Notes: generated by a model from the sequence alone, not told the origin. Counted from the first letter of the stretch, positions 8,723 to 18,809 are shown. The stretch: 64,000 nt of DNA from Vicinamibacterales bacterium (GCA_035512575.1 DATKDT010000078.1:32896-96895); one strand, 5' to 3'. A program made the numbers and translations.

Positions 8723-9523
8723 GTTCTGCTTCTGTGCGCGCTGGCTGCCGCACCCGCGGCGTGGTTCGATCAGCCGCAGGGAGAGAGCCGCGCGCACGCC
8801 ATTGCCCGCCAGGTGCGGGAGCGCGACACCGGCCGCGACAGCCGCGTGGCGATGCGGATGACGCTGGTGGACCGCCGCGGCCGCGAGCGGCAGCGCGCGC
8901 TGATCATCAGGGGGCTGCGCGGCGGGCCAGGACGGCCTGTGCCGGGCGACCGCACGCTGCTGCACTTCACGCTGCCCAACGACATTCGCGGCACGGGCTT
9001 CCTCGTCTGGGAGCATCCCGATGCCGACGACGAGCGCTTCCTCTATCTGCCGTCGCTCGGCCGCGTGCGGCGCATTGCCGGCTCCGAGGCGCAGGAAAGC
9101 TTCGTGGGGTCTGACTTCACGTACGAGGACATCGGCGGCCGCCAGCTCGAGGACTATACCTACACGCTGCTGTCGGAGAACGAAACGTGGACGGCGCCCG
9201 ACGGCTCGCGCCATGCGGTGTGGCGGCTCGAATCGAAGAGCCGCAAGGCCGGCGCGCGCTTCCCCCGGATCGTCTCGCTGGTCCGCAAGGATCTCGACAT
9301 CGTGGTGCACGCCGAGATCTACAACCGGCGCAACGAGAAGCAGAAGACCTTCGCGGCGAAGCAGATCGAGAAAATCGGCCGCTACTGGACCGTGACGTCG
9401 ATGACGATGTCCGACGCGCTCGAGGGCACGCGCACCGATCTGGTCGTCGAGAAGGCCGAGTACAACGTCGGCCTCGGTCCCGATGACTTCAGCCGCGTGC
9501 AGCTGGAGCGGGGCATCAGGTGA
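8714..9523 (+). CDS. Outer membrane lipoprotein-sorting (LolA-like) protein
   Basis: Signal peptide; P.DIRGTGFL, LYLPSLGRVRRI, SFVGSDFTYEDI. Confidence 0.85.
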   Translation: MIWVLLLCALAAAPAAWFDQPQGESRAHAIARQVRERDTGRDSRVAMRMTLVDRRGRERQRALIIRGLRGGPGRPVPGDRTLLHFTLPNDIRGTGFLVWEHPDADDERFLYLPSLGRVRRIAGSEAQESFVGSDFTYEDIGGRQLEDYTYTLLSENETWTAPDGSRHAVWRLESKSRKAGARFPRIVSLVRKDLDIVVHAEIYNRRNEKQKTFAAKQIEKIGRYWTVTSMTMSDALEGTRTDLVVEKAEYNVGLGPDDFSRVQLERGIR

Positions 9524-11850
9524 GCGCGGCGCTCGCGCGGGTCCTCTGGCGCGTCCGCTATCTGCTGTCCTTCATTGCCGTAGCCGGGGCGCTCGCCTTC
9601 GTGCCCGTCGTCGGCCGCGTCACCATCGACAACGACCTGACGTCCTGGTTCTCGCCCGACGATCCCATTTACCAGCAGTACGAGCGTTTTCGCGACGAGT
9701 TCGGCGGCACCCGCACCCTCATCGTCGCCGTCAGGGCGCCGTCGAAGGCGCGGCTGCTCAGCGAGGAAGGCTTCGCGTTCATCGACCGCGTGAGCGGCGG
9801 CATCGCCCGCGTCGAGATGGTCGAGCGCGTCAACAGCCTCTCGACCGCCACGATCGTCGACGCGCTGCCGGCCACGGCCGACGATGACGGCGGCATCGAG
9901 GTCAGACCGCTGATCGATGATGTCGCCTCGAAGGGCGCGGCCGCCGCCGGCGAGCGCGCGCTGGACGACGAGCTGCTGCGGGGCGATCTCATCTCCGCCG
10001 ACGGCACGGTCACCGCGATCATCGTCAGCTTCGACGAGACGCGCATCGACGAGGTCCGCGCCGGCGTCATCGACGCCATTCACGGCATCGTCGATCCCGC
10101 GCTGCCGGACGGATTCGAGGCGTTCTACAACGGCAGCCTGGAAATCAGCGAGACCTACAACCGCATCACCGTCGAAAACCAGACGAAGTTCACGCCGCCG
10201 ATTCTGCTGCTCACGATGGCGGTGGTGTATCTGATGTTCCGCTCGTGGCGGAAGACGCTGCTGACGCTCGGCGCGATTGGCGTCAGCGTGCTCTGGACGA
10301 TCGGCCTGTACATCACGCTGGGGCTCAGCTTCAACGTGCTGGCGAGCATGATCGTGCCCCTGGTGATCGTGCTCGCGATTGCCGACGACGTGCACATCAT
10401 TCAGCACTTCGATCACGCGCTGCGCGACGGGGCGACGCCCGAGCAGGCGTTCAAGACGACCATCACGAACATGACGGCGCCGATCTTCGGCGCCAGCGCG
10501 ACCACGGCGCTGGGCATGCTGTCGCTCGCGACGAGCAGCGTGGTTGCCGTCCGGGCGTTCGGCATCGGCGCGGCGATCGGCGTGATGGTGGACTTCGCCA
10601 TTTCACTCGTGCTCGTGCCCACCGTGCTGGTGTGGATGCGCGCCGAGCGGACCGCGCCGCCGCAGGAGCTCTGGTTCATGGGCCCGCTCCGGCGCGTCGC
10701 CGCGTTTTCCACGCACAACGCAAAGGCGATCATGCTGGTGGCCGCGGGCCTGGCCGTCCTCGCGATGGCGGGCGTCACGCGCCTCGAGGTCGACACCAAC
10801 CACATTGCCTTTTTCAGCAAAAATCATCCGCTGGGCAAGTCGGCCGCCGTCATCGACCAGCAGCTCGGCGGCGTCTATGGATTCCAGATCATGCTCGAGG
10901 GCCCGCCCGGCTCGATGCAGCAGCCCGATACGCTGCGCCGCATCGACGCACTCGCGGATCGAATCGAGGCCTTTCCGGAAGTGCGGAAGGTCACATCGCT
11001 GGCCGACTATGTCAAGCGGATCAACCGCGAGCTGGAGGGAGGCGGCGCGGAGGCGTCGCGCATTCCGGACCAGGCCGATCGCATTGCGCAGGAGCTGTTC
11101 GTCTTCACGCTGGCAGACGAGGGCCGCCACGAGCTCGAGCGCGTCGTGTCGTCGGACGCGTCGGCCTCGCAGGTCTCCATTAAGCTGCAGGCCATGAGCT
11201 CCGACATCCTGTGGACGTACGTGTACGACGTCGAGCGCTATGCCGCCGAGGCGTTTGCCGGCACCGGGATCACGCCGACGGTGACCGGGTCGGGCAAGCT
11301 GTTCGCGCAGCTCGATCACTATCTCGTGACGTCCCAGATCACCAGCTTCGCGACGGCGTTCGTCACCGTCTTTGCCGTCATCTTCCTCGTGTTCCGTTCG
11401 TGGCGCTACGGCATGCTCGCGATCGTGCCCAACCTGTTTCCGGTGCTCGCGGTCTTTGGCGTGATGGGCTGGCTCGGCATCTCGCTGAACATCGCCACCG
11501 TCATGGTCGCCAGCGTCGCGCTCGGCGTCGTCGACGACGACACGATTCATTTCATCAGCCGGTTCCGGCGCGAGCGCAAGGCGGGCGCGGCAATTGCGAC
11601 GGCGATCGAGCGCGCCACGATCTATGAAGGGCGGGCCGCGCTGACGACGGCCATCATCAACAGCGCGGGCTTCGCGGTGCTGATGCTGTCGGAGTACCGG
11701 CCGTCGGCCTGGTTCGGCGGGCTGCTGGCGCTGACGATGATCGTGGCGTTTCTGGCCGAGGTCTTCATTCTGCCCGCGACGATCGTTCTGCTGTCGCGCT
11801 TCTTCCGCACACGCGAGCGGCCGCTCGCGGCGGCTACGGTCCAGGCGTGA
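9520..11850 (+). CDS. MMPL/RND family transporter
   Basis: Two repeats of periplasmic domain plus TM bundle; AIADDVHII and GVVDDDTIHF motifs. Confidence 0.9.
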   Translation: MSAALARVLWRVRYLLSFIAVAGALAFVPVVGRVTIDNDLTSWFSPDDPIYQQYERFRDEFGGTRTLIVAVRAPSKARLLSEEGFAFIDRVSGGIARVEMVERVNSLSTATIVDALPATADDDGGIEVRPLIDDVASKGAAAAGERALDDELLRGDLISADGTVTAIIVSFDETRIDEVRAGVIDAIHGIVDPALPDGFEAFYNGSLEISETYNRITVENQTKFTPPILLLTMAVVYLMFRSWRKTLLTLGAIGVSVLWTIGLYITLGLSFNVLASMIVPLVIVLAIADDVHIIQHFDHALRDGATPEQAFKTTITNMTAPIFGASATTALGMLSLATSSVVAVRAFGIGAAIGVMVDFAISLVLVPTVLVWMRAERTAPPQELWFMGPLRRVAAFSTHNAKAIMLVAAGLAVLAMAGVTRLEVDTNHIAFFSKNHPLGKSAAVIDQQLGGVYGFQIMLEGPPGSMQQPDTLRRIDALADRIEAFPEVRKVTSLADYVKRINRELEGGGAEASRIPDQADRIAQELFVFTLADEGRHELERVVSSDASASQVSIKLQAMSSDILWTYVYDVERYAAEAFAGTGITPTVTGSGKLFAQLDHYLVTSQITSFATAFVTVFAVIFLVFRSWRYGMLAIVPNLFPVLAVFGVMGWLGISLNIATVMVASVALGVVDDDTIHFISRFRRERKAGAAIATAIERATIYEGRAALTTAIINSAGFAVLMLSEYRPSAWFGGLLALTMIVAFLAEVFILPATIVLLSRFFRTRERPLAAATVQA

Positions 11851-13409
11851 GCATCGTGCGACGCCTCGGGCTCCCGCATCGGGCCGCGCGAATGGGCGCT
11901 CGGGTAGGTCTGTCGCCGCGCCGCGTAGCCTCGCTCGCTTCCGCCTGCGGACCATCTCCGTCGCTGCGCCGCGGAGCTCGGCGCTATCTGCTCGCATGTA
12001 CAAGCACGGCGCCGCGCCAGAGACGGTCCACAGGCTCAGCGCGAGCGCTGAGCGCGCGCGCGTCGCCGAGCACCGGATTACTGACCGCCGTAGTGGCGGC
12101 GATCCTGGCGTTCGCGTCTCCCGTGCACGCACAGACTGCATCCATCACCGGCAACATTTCCGCGCTCGTCGATCACCTGCCGAATGTGCCGGCGCCGGGC
12201 GCTGCCGTCGGGAAGGATCCGGTCACGGAGCTTCGCCTGCGCGCGATCGTGGACGCCCAGATGGAGGCGCGTCCATGGCTCCGGTTCCGTTTCGCCGGGC
12301 TGGCCGACGGCCTCGTGGCCGATCGGGGCGGCGCCGTGCGCAGCGCGGCAGTCGACGTGCTCGAGGCATGGGTGGAGTTCAGCGGGGCGGGCGCCGAATT
12401 GCGCGCGGGAATGGGGCGGCTCGCCTGGGGGCGTCTCGACGAGATTCAACCGACGGATGTCGTCAACCCGATCGACGTTTCCCGCTTCCTGCTCGACGGC
12501 CGCAGCGAGGCGCGCATCGCGGTGCCGCTCGTGCGCGCGCGCCTCTTTCCGAGCGACTGGCTGACGGTCGAAGGCGTCATCGTGCCGCATTTCCGGCGCG
12601 GGCGATTCGACCGGCTCGACGAGCCGTCATCGCCGTTCAACCTGCTCGCCGACCCGTCACCTGCCGACGCCGCTCCGCCCGGCTTCTGCGGCGCGGTGTT
12701 TACCTGCGCGGAGCGCTGGTCGTTCAGCCGCGAGCCGTTGGAGGGCCGGGCGCAGGCTGGGGCAAGGGCAACCTTCACCAGCGGCCGGGTTGACTGGAGT
12801 CTTTCCGGATGGCGCGGATTGCTGCCGTTCGGGCTCGTCGCCGGGGGAGACCCCAGCACCAGCACTGCCTCCCTCGTGCATAGCCGCTTCACGATGGTCG
12901 GCGCCGACCTCGAGACGGTCAGAGGAAAGTGGGCGATCCGCGGAGAGGCGGCATTCTTTCCGCGGCGGCCGACGCAGGGCGGCGCGGGCGTCAGGATCTT
13001 CGAGAGCAATGCGCTCGAAGCGGGCGCGGGAGTGGATCGGCGCGCCGGGGACTTCACGCTCTCGGCAACGGTGCTGCTGCGGCGTGACCGCGTGAAATAC
13101 CGTGTTCCGGAGTGGCCCGGGCTCCGCGAGCCATACGTGATTCTCGAAGAGCCGATTACCAACCTGAGCCTCGTCACCGGCTTCAGCCGCACGTTCAATC
13201 GCGATCGCATCGAGACGCGCGTCTTCTCGCTCGTCAATCCCGCAGACCGCGCGGCGTTCGTGCGCGGGGTGCTCGCCTGGAAGCCCGCTGACGACGTCGC
13301 AATCGAGTCGTCGATCGGCTGGTTCATCGGCGAGGGTGACGATCTGATCACGCGCTTCGGCGATCGTGACTTCGGGTACGTCCGCCTGAAGTACTTCTTC
13401 GGCCGATGA
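11847..13409 (+). CDS. Putative outer-membrane beta-barrel protein of the LolA-like/MMPL operon, with an N-terminal palindromic insertion
   Basis: GTGA coupling to MMPL; signal h-region LLTAVVAAILAFASPVHA-Q; WGRLD...PTDVVNP.D; C-terminal YVRLKYFF. Confidence 0.7.
   Translation: MSIVRRLGLPHRAARMGARVGLSPRRVASLASACGPSPSLRRGARRYLLACTSTAPRQRRSTGSARALSARASPSTGLLTAVVAAILAFASPVHAQTASITGNISALVDHLPNVPAPGAAVGKDPVTELRLRAIVDAQMEARPWLRFRFAGLADGLVADRGGAVRSAAVDVLEAWVEFSGAGAELRAGMGRLAWGRLDEIQPTDVVNPIDVSRFLLDGRSEARIAVPLVRARLFPSDWLTVEGVIVPHFRRGRFDRLDEPSSPFNLLADPSPADAAPPGFCGAVFTCAERWSFSREPLEGRAQAGARATFTSGRVDWSLSGWRGLLPFGLVAGGDPSTSTASLVHSRFTMVGADLETVRGKWAIRGEAAFFPRRPTQGGAGVRIFESNALEAGAGVDRRAGDFTLSATVLLRRDRVKYRVPEWPGLREPYVILEEPITNLSLVTGFSRTFNRDRIETRVFSLVNPADRAAFVRGVLAWKPADDVAIESSIGWFIGEGDDLITRFGDRDFGYVRLKYFFGR
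11895..12074 (-). repeat. Long nested inverted-repeat (MITE-like or structured) element
   Basis: Nested stems 11895-11903/12066-12074, 11932-11938/12041-12047 and 11943-11958/12020-12035. Confidence 0.65.
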
Positions 13410-14170
13410 TCACGCTCATTCCAGCCGGCAACCCTGGGCCGTTCACCGGCCCGACAGGCAACAACACCTGGCTCGTCGACGGCGCCGAGCCGCTGCTGGT
13501 CGACGCCGGCGCGGGGGAGCCGTCACACCTCGAGGCGCTGGCCCGCGCCCTCGGCGGCCGCCCGCTCGCGCGCGTGTTCGTGACGCACGGCCACCGCGAT
13601 CACGCGGCCGGCGTGCCGCAGCTGCGCGCCGCCTGGCCGGAGCTCGAGGTCATCGGCGGCGCCGGCGGCGCGCCCGTCATCCCTGAGTCGTGGATTGCCG
13701 CGGGTGACGGGCGGTTGGAGGTGATTGCCACGCCGGGCCACTCCGCCGATCACGCCTGTCTGTGGGACCCCGGGAGCCGCGCGCTGTTCGCGGGGGATTT
13801 GCTGGTCAGAGGCGGCACGGTGATGATCGCCGCGTCATCGGGCGGCAGCCTGCGCGACTATCTCGACTCGCTCGCGCGCGTGCGCGCGCTCGATCCGATC
13901 CGCGTCTATCCGGGCCACGGCCCGATCATCGACCATCCGCGCGCGCTCATCGACGAGTACGTGGCCCACCGGCACGCGCGCGAGCAGCAGGTGCTCGAGA
14001 CGCTCGCGCATGGACCGTCGAGCATCGACAGGCTCGTGGACGCCATCTATCCGGGCCTCGCATCCTCGCTGCGCGCGGCCGCGCGCGAAACCGTGCTGGC
14101 GCACCTGCGCAAGCTCGACGACGAGGGGCGTGCCGGCGAGCGCGGCGGGGTCTGGTCGCGCCGCGGATGA
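13406..14170 (+). CDS. MBL-fold metallo-hydrolase (LACTB2-like)
   Basis: NPGPFTG.GNNTW, THGHRDH, TPGHSADH, GD, PGHG; C-terminal wHTH-like segment. Confidence 0.9.
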   Translation: MITLIPAGNPGPFTGPTGNNTWLVDGAEPLLVDAGAGEPSHLEALARALGGRPLARVFVTHGHRDHAAGVPQLRAAWPELEVIGGAGGAPVIPESWIAAGDGRLEVIATPGHSADHACLWDPGSRALFAGDLLVRGGTVMIAASSGGSLRDYLDSLARVRALDPIRVYPGHGPIIDHPRALIDEYVAHRHAREQQVLETLAHGPSSIDRLVDAIYPGLASSLRAAARETVLAHLRKLDDEGRAGERGGVWSRRG

Positions 14171-14172
14171 CG

Positions 14173-14178
14173 TAGGAT
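14173..14178 (+). promoter_or_regulatory. -10 element TAGGAT 6 nt before ATG 14185; probable leaderless promoter
   Basis: taggat-ctgctg-ATG. Confidence 0.45.
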
Positions 14179-14184
14179 CTGCTG

Positions 14185-15045
14185 ATGGCGACCTCCGCAT
14201 CCGCCCGCGCCGGGCTCCTGATCGCCCCGCGGGAGCTTGCCGCGGTCCTGGGCGTGACAGAGGGGCCGCCTCCGGCCCGCCCCTTCGCCGCGCCGCCGCT
14301 GATCGTCGACACGCGGCCGGCCGAGAGCTTCGCCGAGGGCCATCTGCCGGGCGCCATCCATCTCGATCTGTGGGGCTTCAGCCTCATCGACACCGACGAG
14401 GCGCCGCGCCGGGCGTTTCTCTGGATGATCCATCACGTGCTCGAGCAGCGCGGCATCAACGCCGACCGGCCCGTGGTCGTCTACGAAGACACGTCGGGCA
14501 TTCGCGCGGCCCGCGTGTTCTGGTTTCTCGAGTACTTCGGACACCCCGACACGCGCGTACTCGACGGCGGCTTGTCCGCCTGGCTCGACGCGCGCCTGCC
14601 CGTGACCCGCGATGCCACGCCGCCGAAGGCGGCGGAGTGGAAGGCGGCGCCGCGTCTCGCGGCGGCGGCAGGCTGGAAGGACGTCGCCCTGAGCCTCGAT
14701 TCGCCCGACGCCGTCATGCTCGATACGCGCAGCGACGACGAATACACCGGACGCGTGGCGCGAGCGAAGCGGGGCGGCGCGATTCCCGGTGCGGTGCACG
14801 TCGAGTGGACGCGCAACCTCGCCGCGGACGGCTCGTTCAAGCCTGACGACGACCTGCGCGCGATGTACGAAGCCGCGGGGGTCACGCCCGACAGGGAAGT
14901 CATCACCTACTGCCAGGGCGGCTATCGCGCGGCGCACGGCTATCTGGCCCTGCGGCTGCTCGGCTATCCGCGCGTACGGAACTATCTGGGATCGTGGAAA
15001 GAGTGGGGAGACAGGGAAGATCTGCCGATCGAGACGAAAGATTAG
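14185..15045 (+). CDS. Tandem-domain rhodanese / sulfurtransferase
   Basis: GHLPGAI, VLDGG..AW, GAIPGAV, active loop YCQGGYRAA, YLGSWKEW. Confidence 0.9.
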   Translation: MATSASARAGLLIAPRELAAVLGVTEGPPPARPFAAPPLIVDTRPAESFAEGHLPGAIHLDLWGFSLIDTDEAPRRAFLWMIHHVLEQRGINADRPVVVYEDTSGIRAARVFWFLEYFGHPDTRVLDGGLSAWLDARLPVTRDATPPKAAEWKAAPRLAAAAGWKDVALSLDSPDAVMLDTRSDDEYTGRVARAKRGGAIPGAVHVEWTRNLAADGSFKPDDDLRAMYEAAGVTPDREVITYCQGGYRAAHGYLALRLLGYPRVRNYLGSWKEWGDREDLPIETKD

Positions 15046-15073
15046 CGGGAGCGCTGCGGCGCGACCCGCTCTC

Positions 15074-15108
15074 GCCTGAGGCCTGGGGCCTGGGGCCTGG
15101 AGCCTGCC
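15074..15108 (+). repeat. Heptamer tandem array (GCCTGNN)x5 abutting ATG 15109
   Basis: GCCTGAG GCCTGGG GCCTGGG GCCTGGA GCCTGCC ATG. Confidence 0.85.
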
Positions 15109-16488
15109 ATGAATAGCGTCATCGATTTCATCAACACGAACCGCGACCGCTACGTCACCGAGCTCAAGGAATACCTCGCCATTCCGAGCATCAGCGCGCT
15201 GCCCGAGCACAAGGGCGACGTGCGCAGGGCCGCCGAATGGACGAGGGACGAGCTGGCGCGTGTGGGGCTCGAGAACGCGCGCATCGAGGAAACGCCCGGC
15301 CATCCCGTCGTCTACGGCGAGTGGCTGCACGCCGAGGGGGCGCCCACGATCCTGTTCTACGGCCATTACGACGTGCAGCCGGTCGACCCGCTCGATCTGT
15401 GGGAGACGCCGCCGTTCGAGGCCACGGTGCGGGAAGGGGAGCTGTACGCGCGCGGGTCGGCCGACGACAAAGGCCAGATCTTCATGCACTTCAAGGCGAT
15501 CGAAGCGCACATGAAGCAGAACGGGCGCCTTCCGGTGAATATGAAGGTGCTGATCGAGGGGGAAGAGGAAGTCGGCTCCGAGAATCTCGACGACTTCATC
15601 CGCGCCCATCGCGACCTGCTCAAGGCCGACGTCGTCGTCATCTCCGACTCGCCGATGTTCGCGCGCGGCATTCCCTCCATCTGCTACGGCCTGCGCGGCC
15701 TGGCGTACTTCCAGATCGACGTCCGCGGATCGAACAGCGACCTGCACAGCGGCTCGTTCGGCGGCGCGCTCGCCAATCCCGCGATGGCGCTGTCGCAGAT
15801 CCTCGCGCAGATGAAGGACAAGAGCGGCCGCATCAGGATCGACGGGTTCTATGACGATGTCGTTGAGCTCACCGAGGAGGAGCGGTCGGCATGGAAGCAG
15901 CTGCCGTTCAACGAGAAGCAGTATCAGCGGGAGCTCGGCGCGCGGAAGCTGTTCGGTGAGACCGGCTATTCCACGCTCGAGCGGATCTGGGCGCGGCCGA
16001 CGTTCGAGGTCAACGGCCTGCTGTCAGGCTTCACCGGCGAGGGCGCGAAGACCGTGCTGCCGGCCGTGGCGATGGCGAAGGTCAGCATGCGGCTGGTGCC
16101 GAACCAGGATCCCGACACGGTGGCGCAGCAGTTCGAGGCGTACGTGAAGAAGGTGGCGCCGAAGACGGTCGACGTGAAGGTGACGCGCATGCACGGCGGA
16201 CGGCCGTGGATGACCGACTATCACAACGACTTCGTGCAGGCGGCGAGCCGGGCGATCGAGAAGGGATTCGGGCAGACGCCGGTCTTCAACCGCGAAGGCG
16301 GATCGATTCCGGTGGTCTTCACGTTCCAGCAGGAGCTGGGGCTGCCCTCCGTGCTGTTCGGCGTGGGCCTTCCCGACGAGAACGCCCACGCCCCGAACGA
16401 AAAGCTCGATCTCGGAAACTTTCACAACGGCGTGATAGCGTCCGCGATTCTGTACGACGAGATCGGCAGCCTAAAAGCGAACGCCTAA
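15109..16488 (+). CDS. M20 family dipeptidase
   Basis: YGHYDVQP, RGSADDKG, EGEEE, DLHSG, GGSIP, HAPNE. Confidence 0.93.
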   Translation: MNSVIDFINTNRDRYVTELKEYLAIPSISALPEHKGDVRRAAEWTRDELARVGLENARIEETPGHPVVYGEWLHAEGAPTILFYGHYDVQPVDPLDLWETPPFEATVREGELYARGSADDKGQIFMHFKAIEAHMKQNGRLPVNMKVLIEGEEEVGSENLDDFIRAHRDLLKADVVVISDSPMFARGIPSICYGLRGLAYFQIDVRGSNSDLHSGSFGGALANPAMALSQILAQMKDKSGRIRIDGFYDDVVELTEEERSAWKQLPFNEKQYQRELGARKLFGETGYSTLERIWARPTFEVNGLLSGFTGEGAKTVLPAVAMAKVSMRLVPNQDPDTVAQQFEAYVKKVAPKTVDVKVTRMHGGRPWMTDYHNDFVQAASRAIEKGFGQTPVFNREGGSIPVVFTFQQELGLPSVLFGVGLPDENAHAPNEKLDLGNFHNGVIASAILYDEIGSLKANA

Positions 16489-18627
16489 GGTAACGCCGAA
16501 GGTGCGCGGCCGGCCGGGTTCGCCGACGAAGCCGGACGGCGCGAGCTGGCCGTAGGCGAACGCCACCGGCACGTAGAACGTGTCGAACGCGTTCCTGACC
16601 CACAGCACGGCCGAGTATTTGCGGTTGGTGACGCCGCCGCGCAGGTTCACGAGCGAGTACGCGTCCTGGCCCACGGTGTTCGCCTCGTCGTACTCGAACC
16701 GTCCGTAGAGCGCCGCCTCGCCGCGCACGAACCACGCCCACGAGCGGATGATCTGGCGGGTGAACTGCGCGCCGGCCGAGGCCGTGTACTCGGGCGTGCC
16801 GGGCACCGCGTTGCCGTCGATCCCCACGCCCATCGACGTGCTGCCGTCGCCGAATCGCGCGCGCGTCACGCCGAGCGTGCCGAACAGATCGACGCCGTAG
16901 CGCGGCCGCACGCCAATCTCGACCTCGACGCCCTTGCTGGTGGCGGCGCCGACGTTGTCGATGAAGAACGCGCCCCCGCCGCCCGGAATCGGCACGTTCA
17001 GCTGCATGTCGTTCCAGTCGATGAAGAAGGCCGAGGCGTTGGTCGTGACGCGGCCCTCGGCCCACGTGGCCTTCACGCCGCCCTCGATGTGCCGGGTCTT
17101 TTCCTCTCCGTACGCCTCACTGCCAGGCAGCGACACGGGATTGAACCCGCCCGCCTTGTAGCCGCCGCCCCCCGACACATACAGCATCGTCTGTGGCCGC
17201 GCGTGCCAGGCCACCGCGAACTGCGGCGACACGTTCGAGAACGTTTCGTCCGTGACGAGCGGAGGGGCGGCCGGGAAGACGCCGGGATCGAACAGCGTCG
17301 CGATGTTCGCGTCCCTGGTCTCGCGGTCGAACCGCGCGCCGAGCGTGAGATCCACGCTGTTGCCGATGCTGACGATGCCCTGCGCGTAGGCGCCCAGTCC
17401 GAGATCGTCGAGCTCGGCGAGCGGCGACGTGTGGCGGACGGCGAACGGCGCGCCGCCGAAGACGAACGGCGCGTACGTGTTGATCGCTTCCTGCTCGTAC
17501 GCCTGCGTGAACAGCACGGCGCCGGCCTGCCAGCGCAGCGACATTGCGTCCGAGAGGGCAATCGATCCGCCGGGCGCCGAGGCCAGGCGCACCTCCTGCG
17601 TGAACTGCAGGCTCTCCTCGTCGTTGACGCGGCCCAGTAGCGGCGCGGGGGAGTAGTCGAGATCGGTGTCGTCGTGCGTCGACCAGCGGACGATGCCGGT
17701 GGTGCTCGAGAAGGAGACGCGCTGGCCTTCGCGGCGCGCGAGGAACGTGGCGGAGACGATGTCGCGCTCGCTCTCGCCCTCGAAATCGCGCGCGGTGTCG
17801 TACTTGCCGGCGCGAAGCGACGCGAGGTCGCTCAGCGCGTAGTCGCCGTCGCGGGCGCGCTCGCCGCTCATGATCAGGCGCGCCTCCCAGCGGGACGACG
17901 GCATCCAGAGCAGCTGGCCCTTGCCGAACGTGGCGGAGCGCGAGTCGATGCCGTTGCCGGTCAACGTGTTCGTGCTGAACCCGTCGCGCGACGCGTGGCC
18001 GAGCGCCACGCTCACGCCCAGGCGCGGCGTCAGCGGCCCGGTGAGGTTCGCGCGCACCCCGCGCGTATCGAAGTTGCCGAGCGGCACCGAGATGCCGCCG
18101 TGCCAGTCGTAGAGCGACGGGCGCACGCTGTTGATGTTGATCAGGCCGCCGAGCGTGTTGCGCCCGTACAGGCCGCTCTGCGGCCCGCGGACGAACTCGA
18201 CCTGCTCGACATCGAGGAACTCGATGCTCGACGAGTTCGTGTTGAGCTGCGGCACGCCGTCGATATAGGTCGTGATGCCCGGGTTGGCGGGACTCGACCC
18301 GATGCCGCGGATGCGCGGGTTGCTGATCTTGCGCGCGCTCAGTTCCTGGAAGTACGTGTTGGGGGAATAGTGCGCCGCGTCGGCCACCATCCGGACGCCG
18401 GTCGACTCCAGCATCTCCCAGGTGACGGGAGTGACGCTCAGCGGCAGGCGCTGGGCGTCGGCCGGCTCCTTCTGCGCGGTAACCGTGACCGACGGCACCG
18501 TGACGCGGCCCACCGGCTGGGTCGGCTGCTGTGAGGCGCTGGCCTGGCCGGCCGGCGTCTGGCCGGCTGCGGCCCCCGTGATTGTGGCGGCTGCGAGCGC
18601 CGCAGCGGCGAGAGTCGTCGTGAACAT
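16471..18627 (-). CDS. TonB-dependent receptor
   Basis: Signal peptide, VTVTAQK, plug (IRGIG, YIDGVP, VEFVRGPQSGLYGRNTLGG), C-terminal PRTFGVTLGVRF. Confidence 0.93.
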   Translation of the reverse strand: MFTTTLAAAALAAATITGAAAGQTPAGQASASQQPTQPVGRVTVPSVTVTAQKEPADAQRLPLSVTPVTWEMLESTGVRMVADAAHYSPNTYFQELSARKISNPRIRGIGSSPANPGITTYIDGVPQLNTNSSSIEFLDVEQVEFVRGPQSGLYGRNTLGGLININSVRPSLYDWHGGISVPLGNFDTRGVRANLTGPLTPRLGVSVALGHASRDGFSTNTLTGNGIDSRSATFGKGQLLWMPSSRWEARLIMSGERARDGDYALSDLASLRAGKYDTARDFEGESERDIVSATFLARREGQRVSFSSTTGIVRWSTHDDTDLDYSPAPLLGRVNDEESLQFTQEVRLASAPGGSIALSDAMSLRWQAGAVLFTQAYEQEAINTYAPFVFGGAPFAVRHTSPLAELDDLGLGAYAQGIVSIGNSVDLTLGARFDRETRDANIATLFDPGVFPAAPPLVTDETFSNVSPQFAVAWHARPQTMLYVSGGGGYKAGGFNPVSLPGSEAYGEEKTRHIEGGVKATWAEGRVTTNASAFFIDWNDMQLNVPIPGGGGAFFIDNVGAATSKGVEVEIGVRPRYGVDLFGTLGVTRARFGDGSTSMGVGIDGNAVPGTPEYTASAGAQFTRQIIRSWAWFVRGEAALYGRFEYDEANTVGQDAYSLVNLRGGVTNRKYSAVLWVRNAFDTFYVPVAFAYGQLAPSGFVGEPGRPRTFGVTLGVRF

Positions 18628-18771
18628 CTGGTCATTATCTCCCGTGTGAGCGGCTCCGCGCGATTACCGTTTCGAATTCGCGGGCCCGTCCCTGTAATCG
18701 CCGGACGCGCCGGACCGCCAAGCGCGGCCGCAATTCGCGCGTGTTTTCATCAATAACGACGCGGCGGGCGC

Positions 18772-18787
18772 TGGCGTTCCGGTTGCA
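18772..18787 (+). promoter_or_regulatory. sigma54 -24/-12 promoter
   Basis: TGGCGT-TCCGG-TTGCA with correct spacing, 22 nt before ATG 18810. Confidence 0.6.
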
Positions 18788-18809
18788 CCCGCCCGGAACC
18801 GAATCCCAC

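Noticed and set aside
14185..15045. Rhodanese as dedicated sulfur donor for the short ThiI
   Set aside because: The genes are 12 kb apart and nothing in the sequence links them.
18730..18760. AT-rich patch upstream of the TonB-dependent receptor as a Fur box
   Set aside because: Only half resembles the GATAATGATAATCATTATC consensus and it is not palindromic.
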